A DNA stretch of 64,000 nucleotides from positions 1,056,001-1,120,000 of the forward strand of contig OZ242195.1 in assembly GCA_965205975.1 (NCBI GenBank). Reading direction: 5' to 3'. This DNA comes from Candidatus Latescibacterota bacterium (GTDB taxonomy: Bacteria > Latescibacterota > UBA2968). Under the pieces are notes generated by a model that worked only from the letters and a program-made list of their open reading frames with translations, made no database searches and was not told the DNA's origin. A program made the position numbers and the translations under genes. Of the stretch, positions 9,534-19,865 are shown in pieces; the stretch's first letter is position 1, and the number at the start of each line of letters is the position of its first letter.

Positions 9534-10550
9534 GTGGAATATCGCGAGTTTGGACAGACGGGTTTGAAGGTTTCGGCAATTGGTTTTGGATGCTGGGAAT
9601 TGGGCGGGGGATATGGGTCTATTGACGACGCTGAGGTCGTTGCCGCGGTCAACCGGGCTATTGACCTGGGGATCAATTGTTTTGATACGGCGCAGGGATA
9701 TGGCAAGGGCGCGTCTGAACGGTTGCTTGCGCGCGCGCTGGGTCCCAGGCGCAAAGATGTGATTCTGGTTACGAAGTTCGGCATTGGATACGAGCATGGC
9801 AGAGATAGCAGCAAGGAGATGGTCCACCGAGCGATTGAGCAGAGTTTGGAGATGCTGAATACGGATTATGTCGATGTGTATCTCGTGCATTGGCCCGACC
9901 GCGATACGCCTTTTGAAGAGACTATGGGCGCGTTGGAGGAAATCGTCCAGGCCGGGAAGACGCGGTTTGTGGGGCTGTCGAATTTTACGCCTCCGGAAAT
10001 CGCGCGGTGTATGGATGCGCGCCACGTGGAGGTGTTGCAATACGGGTGTAATTTGTTTGATCGCCGACATGTGAAATGGACGTTTCCCTACGCGGAAGCA
10101 AATAATGTGGGGGTGATGACGTACGGTTCTCTGGCTTATGGTTTGCTCGCTGGCGCATTTACAGAAGATACGGTTTTTGAAGATAATGATTGGCGCAGAA
10201 GAGGCGGTAGCAATACGACTTTGCGCCTGTTTGAACCGGGTATTTTCCAGCGCAATGTCCGGGCAGTGAATGAGTTGAAAGAGATCGCCGCGGGGCTGGG
10301 CAAAAATCTGCCGCACATGGCGCTGAATTGGGTGTTGTCTCACGCGGCTGTGAGTACGGCACTGGTGGGTGCGCGAAGGCCGGAAGAGGTAGAAGACAAT
10401 ATGGGCGCTCTGGGGTGGACATTGGATGAGGATACAAAGCGGGCAATTGATCGGGTTTTTGCTAAGTACGAGATTGATACGGCGCCCAATAAGTGGGGTG
10501 AAATTGATTCGAAGTGGATGGATATTGATCCGGCAGAATGGGCAGAATGA
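9534..10550 (+). CDS. Aldo/keto reductase
   Basis: GLKVSAIGFGCW, FDTAQGYG, TKFG, YLVHWPD and VGLSN motifs. Confidence 0.93.
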   Translation: MEYREFGQTGLKVSAIGFGCWELGGGYGSIDDAEVVAAVNRAIDLGINCFDTAQGYGKGASERLLARALGPRRKDVILVTKFGIGYEHGRDSSKEMVHRAIEQSLEMLNTDYVDVYLVHWPDRDTPFEETMGALEEIVQAGKTRFVGLSNFTPPEIARCMDARHVEVLQYGCNLFDRRHVKWTFPYAEANNVGVMTYGSLAYGLLAGAFTEDTVFEDNDWRRRGGSNTTLRLFEPGIFQRNVRAVNELKEIAAGLGKNLPHMALNWVLSHAAVSTALVGARRPEEVEDNMGALGWTLDEDTKRAIDRVFAKYEIDTAPNKWGEIDSKWMDIDPAEWAE

Positions 10551-10557
10551 GGGGGAT

Positions 10558-11505
10558 ATGATGAATAACGTGCGCGTTGGCGTGATTGGATGTGGCGGCA
10601 GGGGTAGGGGACACATTCGATCTTTGAAGGCGTTTGAAGATGTGTATCTCGCAGCGGTTTGCGATCCAGTTGTGGAGATCCGCGAGTCCGTGTGCGAAGA
10701 GTACGGGATCGAAGGGCAATATGGCGATGTTTCCGCGTTGCTCGAAGGCGAGGCTCTGGATGCGGTTTTTGTCGCCCCGCCTGCCCACTTAAATGCCACG
10801 CTTGCATTGCCGTGTCTGGAGGCTGGCGTCCATACTTTTTTGGAGAAACCTCCCGGTTTGAGCTTGAATGAGACCGAGGCGCTAAAAGCTGCATCGGACG
10901 AAACGGGCGCGAAAGCCATGGTGGGATGGAATCGGCGATTTCATCCGATTATTGTCGAGGCGCGAAATCTGGTGCTGGACCGCGGGCCTGTGACGCAATT
11001 GGTTGGGGAGTTCCACAAGAGTATCACGGATTTGGGAAATTCGGGCAAGTTTGCCGAGGTGCTGATGGATTGTATGCTTTTTGAGACGCCGATTCACGCC
11101 ATTGATACGGTCCGCTTTTTGGCAGGTGCAGATGTTTCCGAGGTTCATAGTGTGGTGCAGCGGTCTATGTCCGGTTATCGGGATGTCCACGCGGCTCTCG
11201 TCGCGTTTGAAAATGGCGTTGTCGCGCAGCTTATTCACAATTATACGACCAATGCCAGGTTGGAGCGTTATGAGATTCACGGGCACGAGATTTCGGCTTA
11301 TATGGAGGGCGTGTCGCGCGGAGAGGTTTTTTGCGATGGCGAGAAAAGGGAGTTGAGCGGGGATGGATCGGGGACAGACGAACAGAACCGATTTTTTATC
11401 GATTGCGTGAAAGAAGATCGTCCGGTTGCGCTTCCCGCGGCAAATTTGGATGAGGCGATTAAGACGATGGAACTGGCAGAAGCGATTATGGCTGGGACGC
11501 GATAA
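10558..11505 (+). CDS. Gfo/Idh/MocA family oxidoreductase
   Basis: VGVIGCGGRG, EKP and VGWNRRF motifs. Start reassigned to ATG 10558, after the AKR stop. Confidence 0.9.
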   Translation: MMNNVRVGVIGCGGRGRGHIRSLKAFEDVYLAAVCDPVVEIRESVCEEYGIEGQYGDVSALLEGEALDAVFVAPPAHLNATLALPCLEAGVHTFLEKPPGLSLNETEALKAASDETGAKAMVGWNRRFHPIIVEARNLVLDRGPVTQLVGEFHKSITDLGNSGKFAEVLMDCMLFETPIHAIDTVRFLAGADVSEVHSVVQRSMSGYRDVHAALVAFENGVVAQLIHNYTTNARLERYEIHGHEISAYMEGVSRGEVFCDGEKRELSGDGSGTDEQNRFFIDCVKEDRPVALPAANLDEAIKTMELAEAIMAGTR

Positions 11506-11521
11506 GGTCGGATTCTTTCTA

Positions 11522-11550
11522 TTGACAATATTTCTCGAATCCTCTACTTT
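11522..11550 (+). promoter_or_regulatory. Sigma70-like promoter
   Basis: TTGACA-N17-TACTTT upstream of 11587. Confidence 0.55.
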
Positions 11551-11586
11551 TTAGATATCAGAAACGAGAATGGGTGGAGGATTGAG

Positions 11587-11940
11587 ATGGCTGACGTGAC
11601 TGAGACTGATCAACTGCAAGAGTTGCGAGAGGAAAACGCTCGATTGAAAGAGCAGGTAACGTATTACGAACAGGATCAGGTTGCTCAAATACGCGGAGAT
11701 ATTGCTGGTTTAAGAGAGGGTACACAGAGAGATATCGCCGATTTAAGACAGGACCTGCATAGAGAAGTTGCCGGCTTAAGACAGGACCTGCATAGAGAGA
11801 TTACCGACTTGAAGCAGGGAGATATTGCCGACGTAAGACAGGATGTTAAAGTACTCTCCGGAAAAGTAGATAAAATTCTTTATGCGGTGATTGTCTCGCT
11901 TGTAGGAATCGCGGGTTTGATTATTGAATCGCTGACTTAA
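11587..11940 (+). CDS. Coiled-coil protein with 11-aa repeats and C-terminal TM anchor (DUF1640/CCDC90-like architecture)
   Basis: DIAGLREGTQR/DIADLRQDLHR/EVAGLRQDLHR repeats and a hydrophobic C-terminus. GGAGG RBS. Confidence 0.7.
   Translation: MADVTETDQLQELREENARLKEQVTYYEQDQVAQIRGDIAGLREGTQRDIADLRQDLHREVAGLRQDLHREITDLKQGDIADVRQDVKVLSGKVDKILYAVIVSLVGIAGLIIESLT
11698..11847 (+). repeat. Imperfect 33-bp coding tandem repeat (about 4.5 units)
   Basis: TTAAGACAGGACCTGCATAGAGA recurs at 33-nt spacing. Confidence 0.75.
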
Positions 11941-11962
11941 AGGGATTTAATAATGGCAAAAA

Positions 11963-12039
11963 CGAGGTGTGGCTCAGTCCGGTAGAGCACCTGCTTTGGG
12001 AGCAGGGGGCCGGGGGTTCAAATCCCTCCACCTCGACCA
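11963..12039 (+). tRNA. tRNA-Pro(TGG)
   Basis: CGAGGTG/CACCTCG acceptor stem, CCTGC-TTTGGGA-GCAGG anticodon arm, GGTTCAAATCC T-loop, encoded CCA. Confidence 0.96.
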
Positions 12040-12044
12040 ATAAC

Positions 12045-12075
12045 AAGGGGTTGTGAGTTTTGGTCGCAACCCCTT
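12045..12075 (+). terminator. Hairpin after tRNA-Pro
   Basis: AAGGGGTTGTGA-N7-TCGCAACCCCTT. Confidence 0.65.
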
Positions 12076-12092
12076 ATAGTTTTGAGGAATGT

Positions 12093-12135
12093 AAGAAAAA
12101 GCGCCTGTGCAAAATTGCACAAGCGCTTTCTTTTT
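12093..12135 (-). terminator. Bidirectional-type intrinsic terminator after tRNA-Gln
   Basis: GCGCCTGTGC-N6-GCACAAGCGC flanked by A and T tracts. Confidence 0.7.
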
Positions 12136-12209
12136 TGGTTGCCCCTCAGGGATTCGAACCCCGATACCTGGAACCAAAATCCAGTGTCTTGCCATTAGAC
12201 GAAGGGGCA
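12136..12209 (-). tRNA. tRNA-Gln(TTG)
   Basis: Minus strand: TGCCCCT/AGGGGCA acceptor stem, CTGGA-TTTTGGT-TCCAG anticodon arm, GGTTCGAATCC, CCA end. Confidence 0.95.
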
Positions 12210-12266
12210 ATAACTTATGTTGAAGGGTAAATATAAATTTTTAGCCAATTACAGGCAACTTACTTT

Positions 12267-13946
12267 TTACTTTTTGCTTTTCATTCTCGCCCAGGTGTCG
12301 CGCAGGGTAATCGTTCGGTTTAATACGAGTTTTTCATCTGAAGAATCTGTATCGACGCAGAAATAGCCCAGGCGTTCGAATTGGACCACGCTGCCAATTT
12401 CTGCCCCTTTCATGCTCGGCTCAACATAGCAGGTTGGGCGCACTTCCAGCGAATCGGGGTTCAGGTTGGCGGTAAAATCTTTGCCATCTTCGGTTCGGGT
12501 TGGAGTTTCTGTCATGAACAGCCGATCAAATAATCGCACTTCGGCTTTCAATGCGTGTTTGGCTGATACCCAGTGCAATGTCGAGCGAACCCTGCGTTTA
12601 TCGGGTGTTGTGCCGCCGCGGCTTTCGGGATCCCAGGTGCAGCGAAGTTCGATTATGCTGCCGTCGTCATCTTTTACTGCTTCCCGGCAGGTGATATAAC
12701 ACGCCGCACGCAATCGCACCTCGCGTCCGGGCGCAAGGCGGTAAAATTTGCGCGGGGGATCTTCCATAAAGTCTTCCCGCTCGATGTACAATTCCCGCGA
12801 AAAGGGCACGGGGCGCGTGCCGGCATCGGGGTCTTCGGGATTGATCATCGCTTCAAATGTCTCTTCTTCGCCTTCGGGATAGTTTTCAATGACCACTTTT
12901 AAGGGGTCAATCACGCCCATTACCCGGGGCGAGACTTTGTTCAGGTGCTCGCGGATATAGAATTCAAACAAATCTATTTCCGCCGTTGTATCTCGCCGGT
13001 TCATGCCCACGCGCCAGATAAAATTTTTAATGGCATGCGGCGGTATCCCGCGTCGCCGCATGCCCGAAAGCGTGGGCATGCGCGGGTCGTCCCATCCGTT
13101 TACGAGATTGCGTTCGACCAGTTGGGTCAACATGCGCTTGCTGGTCAATGTGTAGGTGATATTCAACCGCGCAAATTCAATTTGCCGCGAGGGGAAAATT
13201 TCCAATTGCTGGATGTACCAGTCGTACAGGGGGCGGTGTTCTGCAAATTCGATGCTGCACAGCGAGTGCGTGACTTGCTCTATGGCGTCGGATTGCCCGT
13301 GTGCCCAATCGTACATTGGATAAATACACCATTTGTCGCCTGTGCGATGGTGCGATGTGTGTTTGATCCGATACATGACGGGATCACGCATGTTCATATT
13401 TGGCGATGCCATATCGGCTTTTGCGCGCAATGTACACGCGCCATCGGGAAGTTCTCCATTTTTCATTCGCGCAAATAGATCGAGATTTTCCGACACGGTA
13501 CGATTTCGATAGGGGCTGTTTTTTCCCGGCTCTGTCACTGTTCCGCGGTATTCGCTTATTTCCTGTGGACTCAAGTCGCAAACATAGGCTTTTCCCTGTT
13601 GGATGAGTTCCACAGCATAATCGTAGAGTTGGTCAAAATAGTCAGAGGCAAAGTACAATCCGTCGCCCCAATCAAAGCCCATCCATTTCAAATCTTCCTG
13701 AATAGATTCGACGTATTCGGTATCTTCCCGGTCCGGGTTGGTGTCGTCAAACCGGAGATTGCACTGTCCGTCAAATTCCTCGGCGAGACCAAAGTCCAGA
13801 CAAAAAGCCTTGGCATGGCCGATGTGCAGATAGCCATTTGGCTCTGGGGGAAAGCGCGTTACAATTTTTTTGTGTTTGCCATTTTTTACGTCTTCGCGAA
13901 CAATTTCTCGGATAAAATCCGTTGGTGTGTCTTCGGTTGTTGCCAT
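12267..13946 (-). CDS. glnS: Glutamine--tRNA ligase
   Basis: [26 protein letters not shown] and QFERLGYF motifs. Confidence 0.97.
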   Translation of the reverse strand: MATTEDTPTDFIREIVREDVKNGKHKKIVTRFPPEPNGYLHIGHAKAFCLDFGLAEEFDGQCNLRFDDTNPDREDTEYVESIQEDLKWMGFDWGDGLYFASDYFDQLYDYAVELIQQGKAYVCDLSPQEISEYRGTVTEPGKNSPYRNRTVSENLDLFARMKNGELPDGACTLRAKADMASPNMNMRDPVMYRIKHTSHHRTGDKWCIYPMYDWAHGQSDAIEQVTHSLCSIEFAEHRPLYDWYIQQLEIFPSRQIEFARLNITYTLTSKRMLTQLVERNLVNGWDDPRMPTLSGMRRRGIPPHAIKNFIWRVGMNRRDTTAEIDLFEFYIREHLNKVSPRVMGVIDPLKVVIENYPEGEEETFEAMINPEDPDAGTRPVPFSRELYIEREDFMEDPPRKFYRLAPGREVRLRAACYITCREAVKDDDGSIIELRCTWDPESRGGTTPDKRRVRSTLHWVSAKHALKAEVRLFDRLFMTETPTRTEDGKDFTANLNPDSLEVRPTCYVEPSMKGAEIGSVVQFERLGYFCVDTDSSDEKLVLNRTITLRDTWARMKSKK

Positions 13947-13965
13947 TTTAAGACCTTTTGGGTTG

Positions 13966-15699
13966 TTAGTTGTTAGTCTTCATCTTTTTCACTTCACATT
14001 TCACCTGTTCTACGACCTGATCCAGAGGCACATCTGAGCGGCCATCTTCAGGCCGCAGTTTCATTTCCACCTGTCCATTTGCCAGGCCGCGCGATCCCAC
14101 GGTCAAGCGTATTGGTATGCCGATTAAATCTGCATCGTTGAATTTTACGCCTGCGCGTTCATCGCGGTCGTCGAGCAAGACATCCAGTCCCGCAGACTTT
14201 AGTTGTCCATACAATTTTTCGGCAGCTTCCAGTTCTCCTGCGGGTTTTCTGCCCGTCAGGACTGCGATTTGCACCTCAAAGGGCGCGACCGATATCGGCC
14301 AGATAATGCCCTGGTCATCGTGATGGGCTTCGATAATACACGCCAATAATCGGCCTACGCCAATGCCGTAACATCCCATGAAGAGGGGCTGCATTTTGCC
14401 GTTTTCATCCAGGACCTTCGCGCTCATGCTGTCGCTGTATTTTGTGCCGAGCTTGAAGATGTTGCCCACTTCAATGCCGCGCGTGCTGTTGAGCGGGGTT
14501 TCGCATTCTGGACAGGGCATGCCTTTTTCTACGGCGATGAGGTCTGTGACGATGTCGGGATCAAAATCGCGTCCCACGTTGACATTTAAGTAGTGATACC
14601 CTTCCTCATTCGCACCCGATACAAAATTTGTCCCTTTTGCGATGGCTTTATCCACGACCACAATGGCATTTTTTACGGCCATAGGCGAGGCATATCCGGG
14701 GATTGCGCCGACTGCGGTGATTTCCTCATCTGTTGCCGGACGCAATACCTGCGCCTTTACCACGTTGGCGAGTTTGGTCTCGTTCAACTCGTGATCGCCG
14801 CGCAATACCGCAAAAATAAATTTCTCTTCGCCACTTATTGTGCCGATTAAAAATACGGCTTTGGCTGTTTTGCTCTGCTGTACGTTTAAAAACGACGCGA
14901 CTTCTTCGATGGTTTTGCAATTGGGGGTCGCCACTTTTTGCAGGGGTTTTTCATCTTCCGCTTCAATGGCTTCCCGCTTATATGTCGCTACCTGTCGATT
15001 GGCTTGATAACCGCAAGTATCGCATAAGAGCAAGGTGTCTTCGCCGCCCGGGTTTAAGTACATAAATTCATGCGCTTCTGTTCCACCCATCATTCCCGGG
15101 TCGCTTTCTACTGAGATGACGTGGTCGCCCAATCCCGCGCGCTCAAATATCCGCTGATATGCCTCGTGCATGCGCGGGTAATACGCATCTAAACCCGCCT
15201 GGTCGATGTGAAAGCTATACCCGTCTTTCATCGTAAATTCGCGTACGCGAATCAATCCGCCACGGCTGCGCGGCTCATCGCGGAATTTGGTCTGGAGTTG
15301 AAACGCGCTCAATGGCAATTGGCGGTAGCTCTGGACCATGTGACGCGCCAGGTCGGTTACGGCTTCTTCGTGCGTCATTGCCAAACACATGTCGCGGTCT
15401 GCGCGGTCTTTCATGCGCATCATTTCCGGGCCGACATCGTCCCACCGACCGCTTTCGCGCCAGATTTCCGCGGGTTGTACCACGGGCATTGATATTTCAA
15501 AGCAATCCGCGCGTTCCATTTCTTCGCGCAAAATTTGTTCGATGTTCCTCTTCACGCGCAATCCCAGCGGTAAGAAACTAAAAATTCCCGATGCCAGAGG
15601 ACGAATTAGCCCTGCGCGCAAAGCCAACTGGTGACTGATGGCTTCTGCATCTGCAGGTACCTCGCGCAGGGTTTGTGTCAATAATTGAGAATAACGCAT
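13966..15699 (-). CDS. proS: Proline--tRNA ligase (bacterial type with INS editing domain)
   Basis: [45 protein letters not shown] and [10 protein letters not shown] motifs. Confidence 0.97.
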   Translation of the reverse strand: MRYSQLLTQTLREVPADAEAISHQLALRAGLIRPLASGIFSFLPLGLRVKRNIEQILREEMERADCFEISMPVVQPAEIWRESGRWDDVGPEMMRMKDRADRDMCLAMTHEEAVTDLARHMVQSYRQLPLSAFQLQTKFRDEPRSRGGLIRVREFTMKDGYSFHIDQAGLDAYYPRMHEAYQRIFERAGLGDHVISVESDPGMMGGTEAHEFMYLNPGGEDTLLLCDTCGYQANRQVATYKREAIEAEDEKPLQKVATPNCKTIEEVASFLNVQQSKTAKAVFLIGTISGEEKFIFAVLRGDHELNETKLANVVKAQVLRPATDEEITAVGAIPGYASPMAVKNAIVVVDKAIAKGTNFVSGANEEGYHYLNVNVGRDFDPDIVTDLIAVEKGMPCPECETPLNSTRGIEVGNIFKLGTKYSDSMSAKVLDENGKMQPLFMGCYGIGVGRLLACIIEAHHDDQGIIWPISVAPFEVQIAVLTGRKPAGELEAAEKLYGQLKSAGLDVLLDDRDERAGVKFNDADLIGIPIRLTVGSRGLANGQVEMKLRPEDGRSDVPLDQVVEQVKCEVKKMKTNN

Positions 15700-15806
15700 T
15701 TCTATTCCTTTAGAAAATTCCTGGAAAATATAAACAAAATACGAGGATCAGAGCCAAATATTGTGTTCAGTTTGATATTGTGGACGATTTGGCGTTACAT
15801 AAAGTT

Positions 15807-16490
15807 TCACGATGGGCGTCCAAGTGCGATTAACAGATCTGGACGATTCGAACCGATGGCGTCAACCCCCAGATCGATAACACGCTGTATCTCTTCAACC
15901 GTGTCGGGGTTCCAGGCGCGGATCAGGAGGCCGTGTGCATGGGCTTTCTGAACGAGCTGGGCGTCGATATTTGGATGGAGGATGTGTATCCCTACCGCTC
16001 CCATATCGACAGCCTGTTCACACGCATCAGCTGGTGGATTCGACCACAATGCACCCAGTGGCAGACTCGGATTAAGCTGACGCGCTTCGCGTAGCCGCTC
16101 ATGGACAAACGAGGTCAGAAGTACCTCGCTTTCTATATTATTTTGCTCAACTGTCCGGACGACTGGCTCGGCAGTGTCGGGTCCTTTCAGTTCAATCTGA
16201 AGAACAACCTTTCCGCGCACCAGGTTTATGACTTCCTGTAGTGTTGGAATGCGCTCTCCTTTGCCAGCGTCTAACTGCTTAACTTCCGCTAATGTCAAGT
16301 CGGCGACCGCACCATGTCCATCGGTCGTTCGATCCACGGTGGTATCGTGAATGACGACGAGGTGCTGATCGCGTGTGAGGTGTACGTCAAGCTCGATCTG
16401 ATCGACGCCGAGATCTATCGCTTTTTGCATGGATAGCAGCGTATTTTCAGGTTCGAGTGCTGCTGCTCCCCGGTGCCCTGTAAGAATCAT
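15807..16490 (-). CDS. Glycerophosphodiester phosphodiesterase family protein
   Basis: GHRGAAALEPENTL, IELDV, VIHD and IELK motifs. Confidence 0.92.
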   Translation of the reverse strand: MILTGHRGAAALEPENTLLSMQKAIDLGVDQIELDVHLTRDQHLVVIHDTTVDRTTDGHGAVADLTLAEVKQLDAGKGERIPTLQEVINLVRGKVVLQIELKGPDTAEPVVRTVEQNNIESEVLLTSFVHERLREARQLNPSLPLGALWSNPPADACEQAVDMGAVGIHILHPNIDAQLVQKAHAHGLLIRAWNPDTVEEIQRVIDLGVDAIGSNRPDLLIALGRPS

Positions 16491-16512
16491 TTGAGTCCTC
16501 TCTTTCATAAAA

Positions 16513-17328
16513 TTATCCAATTTCGACGACTAACCCATCTTCGCCTACCAGGACTTCGCCGCTATACTCTTTGCGAATCTGGTCGCCCATGCGATGCACA
16601 GCTTGTAGATCACCTGTGATGTCTTCGATTACCAGATGCTTGATTATCACGCGTTTTACATTGGCCGCGATTGCAATTTCTGCGATTTCTGGCGGTGTAA
16701 TATGCCACGATCCCCAGGGTTGGGTCGCCAGGAATTCAGCGGTACCCGAACATTCTATGGATAGCAAGTCGGCATTTTGACAGAATGCCGGGAATTCCGC
16801 ATCGGGATTCCCATCGCCCGTGATTACGACGCGATGTTCTCTGGTATCGACGCGATAGACGAGCGAGGGGATGCCGCCGTGGTCTGTGAATGTTGCGGAT
16901 AATTGAAAGTCGTCCGTGGATAGAAATTTGCCTTTTGTTCCGATCTCGATGACTTCTGGATCGAGTACACTGTCGTCTTTTCCATGCCCAATTCGACTTT
17001 GAATATCCTGCTCAAAGGGCGGGCGAATGACATGCGATACAAAGTGTTTTGTCCCGATGGGTCCATAAATTTTGAGGGATTTTTTGCGTACCTTTACCCA
17101 GCCCACAAAGATGAGATAGGGGACATCGACGATGTGATCGAAGTGCAGATGTGTCAAAAATAGCCGATCTACATCTTCACAATTCACACCTGCACGCGCC
17201 AGATTTGTACACGCGGACCGGCCGCAGTCAAACATCCAGTTCTCATTGCCGATTTGCAATAATTGCGATGGTCCGCCGCGATTCGGGTTGTCCCGCACCG
17301 CACCACTGCCGAGCATGATATATCGCAT
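16513..17328 (-). CDS. MBL-fold hydrolase (RNase Z/arylsulfatase-like)
   Basis: LGSG, FDCG, THLHFDH and TGD motifs. Start reassigned to ATG 17328. Confidence 0.85.
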   Translation of the reverse strand: MRYIMLGSGAVRDNPNRGGPSQLLQIGNENWMFDCGRSACTNLARAGVNCEDVDRLFLTHLHFDHIVDVPYLIFVGWVKVRKKSLKIYGPIGTKHFVSHVIRPPFEQDIQSRIGHGKDDSVLDPEVIEIGTKGKFLSTDDFQLSATFTDHGGIPSLVYRVDTREHRVVITGDGNPDAEFPAFCQNADLLSIECSGTAEFLATQPWGSWHITPPEIAEIAIAANVKRVIIKHLVIEDITGDLQAVHRMGDQIRKEYSGEVLVGEDGLVVEIG

Positions 17329-17339
17329 GATTAAATCCT

Positions 17340-18302
17340 CTATAACGGTCCGTTGACGGGAAATTCGGGTTTTTGTCCGTTGAGAACGCGCACGATATCC
17401 GCAGCGACCATTGCCATTTTTTGTATTGATTCGGTGGAGTGTCCGGAATAATGAGGCGACAGGAGCACATTGTCGAGTTCGCACAGGGGATTGTCTGGTG
17501 TTGCGGGTTCTTTTTCAAAGACGTCGATAATTGCGCCGCCAATTTGTTTGTTTTGGAGTGCGGTTACGAGCGCCTGTTCGTCGATAACTGGTCCGCGGCT
17601 GCAATTGGCGATAATGGTATGGGGTTGCATGCGGGCGAGTGTGTTGGCATTGATGAGGTGATGCGTGCTGTCGAGGAGGGGGACGTTGAGGCTGATATAG
17701 TCCGAGGTCGAGAGGAGGTCGTCCAATTCTACGCGGCGCACATTCAGGCGGTTTTCTTCTTCTGGGGGAGGGGGATATTCATCGGTGTAGATGACGTTCA
17801 TTCTGAAGCCGAGGGAGCAGATTTCCGCAAGGCGACGGCCTATGCGACCAAAGCCAATAATGCCCAGGGTTTTGTCGAGTAATTCGGGGGCGTGTACGCG
17901 GTCTCGGAGTGCCCAGTCGCCAGAACGGGTCGCGGTATCGGCTTGACCAATTTTGCGCGGCAGGGCAATGAAGGACATGGCGATGTATTCGGCGACGGCT
18001 TCGACAGGGGCGCCGGGTGTGTTGACGACGTAGATACCGCGCTCGGTGGCGGCGTCAACGTCAATGTTATCGACGCCAATGCCGTGGCGACCTATGACTT
18101 TGAGGCGCGGTGCCCGATCCATTACAGGACCGTCGATGATACCTCGGGCGCGTGCGAGAATGCCGTCTGCGTCTTTGACCGAGGCGATGATTTGATCGGG
18201 TTCAAATCCTTTTGCCCAGAGGATTTCGCAGTTGTTTTTGAGAAGGTGATCTTGTCCACAGGGATGTACGGGTTCAAAGAGCAGGATGTTGAATTTTGCC
18301 AC
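17340..18302 (-). CDS. D-isomer-specific 2-hydroxyacid dehydrogenase (SerA-like, no ACT domain)
   Basis: GIGVDNID, GIIGFGRIG, NCSRG, DVFEKEP and SPH motifs. Confidence 0.9.
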   Translation of the reverse strand: MAKFNILLFEPVHPCGQDHLLKNNCEILWAKGFEPDQIIASVKDADGILARARGIIDGPVMDRAPRLKVIGRHGIGVDNIDVDAATERGIYVVNTPGAPVEAVAEYIAMSFIALPRKIGQADTATRSGDWALRDRVHAPELLDKTLGIIGFGRIGRRLAEICSLGFRMNVIYTDEYPPPPEEENRLNVRRVELDDLLSTSDYISLNVPLLDSTHHLINANTLARMQPHTIIANCSRGPVIDEQALVTALQNKQIGGAIIDVFEKEPATPDNPLCELDNVLLSPHYSGHSTESIQKMAMVAADIVRVLNGQKPEFPVNGPL

Positions 18303-18342
18303 AGTGTATCCTTTCTATAGTTGTTTTGTTATGTTGAAATAT

Positions 18343-18371
18343 AGTGTATAGCGGGAGTACAATTTTGTCAA
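18343..18371 (-). promoter_or_regulatory. Sigma70-like promoter for the leftward operon
   Basis: Minus strand TTGACA-N17-TACACT. Confidence 0.6.
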
Positions 18372-18402
18372 GATGCGAGGATTTTATTTTTTATATTTCA
18401 TC

Positions 18403-18431
18403 TTGCTTCGTTTTTGGGTTTTGTATATATT
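18403..18431 (+). promoter_or_regulatory. Sigma70-like promoter for tRNA-Glu
   Basis: TTGCTT-N17-TATATT, 16 nt before the tRNA. Confidence 0.55.
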
Positions 18432-18447
18432 TCTCTTTCTATGAGGC

Positions 18448-18522
18448 GACCCCGTCGTTCAGTGGTTAGGACACCGGGTTTTCATCCCGGCAACGGGGGT
18501 TCGATTCCCCTCGGGGTCGCCA
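18448..18522 (+). tRNA. tRNA-Glu(TTC)
   Basis: GACCCCG/CGGGGTC acceptor stem, CCGGG-TTTTCAT-CCCGG anticodon arm, GGTTCGATTCC, CCA end. Confidence 0.96.
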
Positions 18523-18544
18523 TTAAAATTTAAGTGTATTATTC

Positions 18545-18574
18545 AAGGGTCGTGATCTCACGACCCTTATTTTA
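18545..18574 (+). terminator. Intrinsic terminator after tRNA-Glu
   Basis: AAGGGTCGTGA-TC-TCACGACCCTT followed by ATTTTA. Confidence 0.7.
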
Positions 18575-18657
18575 TTGGTGGATGAATGGGAGATACGGGC
18601 TATATTGGGGAATGGTCTGTTTGTTGATCAATATTCCGAATAGAGAAAGGAGTTCTT

Positions 18658-19794
18658 TTGACTATTGCACCTCTTCTTTCACCAGAGGCTTTTGAAGGTA
18701 TTGAAGGCATGACCCATCTTTGTACGGGGGGTGAATCTCCGTGGCTTAAAAGTCAGGCTGGGGTATATGCCGAGTTTGCCAAATTCAAAGGTGGATCGCA
18801 CAAGGGCCGCGATAAAATTTACGACCGCGGAGAGCGCTGTCGCCAGCGCATGGGGCAGCTCTGGAATGTGCCTGCTAATCGCATCGCGTTTATGCCTTCT
18901 GCTGCCGAGGGCATGGGCTGGTTTTCGCGGGGGTTAGACTGGCAGCGCGGCGATAATGTCGTGACCAATAATCTCGAGTTTCCCTCTGTGGCGTATGCGT
19001 GGAAGCATCTGAGATCCAGGGGCGTTGAGGTCCGTTTGGTTCCGCATAAAAAATGGACGGTGCGCGAAGAGGATCTCCTCGACGCTGTTGATTCTCGCAC
19101 GCGCGTTCTCGCTGTCAGCCATGTGGGGTTTTACACAGGGCAGTGTTTGAATTTGGCGCAACTCTCTGAGGGTGCGCGGAAGAAAGGCGCGTTATTCGCC
19201 GTTGATGCCACGCATTCTTCGGGTGTTTTGCGCGTGCCAGCGCAGTTGACCGATTTGACGGTGAGCAGCAGTTATAAGTGGCTTTTGGCAACGCACGGCA
19301 CGGCGCCTTGTTATTTGAGCGAGCGCGCAGAAGAGCAAGTCGCATCGACGTGTTTTGGCTGGCACAATCTCAAAGTGTGGCCCGAACAAACCGCCGAGCG
19401 CGATCCCGAGGTCGCCGAACAACCTATGCCGGAAAAACTCGAACCGGGGAACCCGGCTATGCAGGTGGTTATGCACCTGGATCACGCGCTGGGCGTGATT
19501 TTAGATATTGGTCCCGAGAAGATTGAAAATCACGCACGCGATTTGTCCGATTTGGTGTCCCGGGGGCTTGCGAAGTTGGGCTATGAGGTCATTTCGCCCA
19601 ATAAGCGGGAAGCGCGGTCGGGCAATACCTGCTTCGCGTGTGAGGATGGCCGCGAGATGGTCAATCGCCTGGAGGAGCGCAATGTTTTTTGCTGGGGCGA
19701 GTTTGGACGGGTGCGCGTTTCTACGCATTTGTACAATGGTAGCGATGATGTGGCGCGGTTGCTCGATGCGCTGAATGAAGTAATCCTCAGATGA
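18658..19794 (+). CDS. Class V PLP-dependent aminotransferase-fold enzyme
   Basis: EFPSV, VDATH, SSYKWL and RVSTHLYN motifs. Confidence 0.88.
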   Translation: MTIAPLLSPEAFEGIEGMTHLCTGGESPWLKSQAGVYAEFAKFKGGSHKGRDKIYDRGERCRQRMGQLWNVPANRIAFMPSAAEGMGWFSRGLDWQRGDNVVTNNLEFPSVAYAWKHLRSRGVEVRLVPHKKWTVREEDLLDAVDSRTRVLAVSHVGFYTGQCLNLAQLSEGARKKGALFAVDATHSSGVLRVPAQLTDLTVSSSYKWLLATHGTAPCYLSERAEEQVASTCFGWHNLKVWPEQTAERDPEVAEQPMPEKLEPGNPAMQVVMHLDHALGVILDIGPEKIENHARDLSDLVSRGLAKLGYEVISPNKREARSGNTCFACEDGREMVNRLEERNVFCWGEFGRVRVSTHLYNGSDDVARLLDALNEVILR

Positions 19795-19817
19795 CGCAGA
19801 TGGTCGCAGATAAAAAT

Positions 19818-19842
19818 GTAGGGGCGGGTTTCGAACCCGCCC
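19818..19842 (+). repeat. GTAG-type REP-like palindrome
   Basis: GTAG-GGGCGGGTT-TCG-AACCCGCCC. Confidence 0.65.
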
Positions 19843-19865
19843 GTTTTTAAGAAAGGATATTAACC

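Noticed and set aside
9468..10919. 483-aa minus-strand ORF
   Set aside because: It is an antisense shadow of the AKR and Gfo/Idh/MocA genes and has no recognisable motifs.
11974..12210. 78-aa ORF
   Set aside because: It overlaps two tRNA genes and is spurious.
11963..18522. tRNA-anchored integrative element
   Set aside because: No integrase was found and I saw no duplicated tRNA 3' end.
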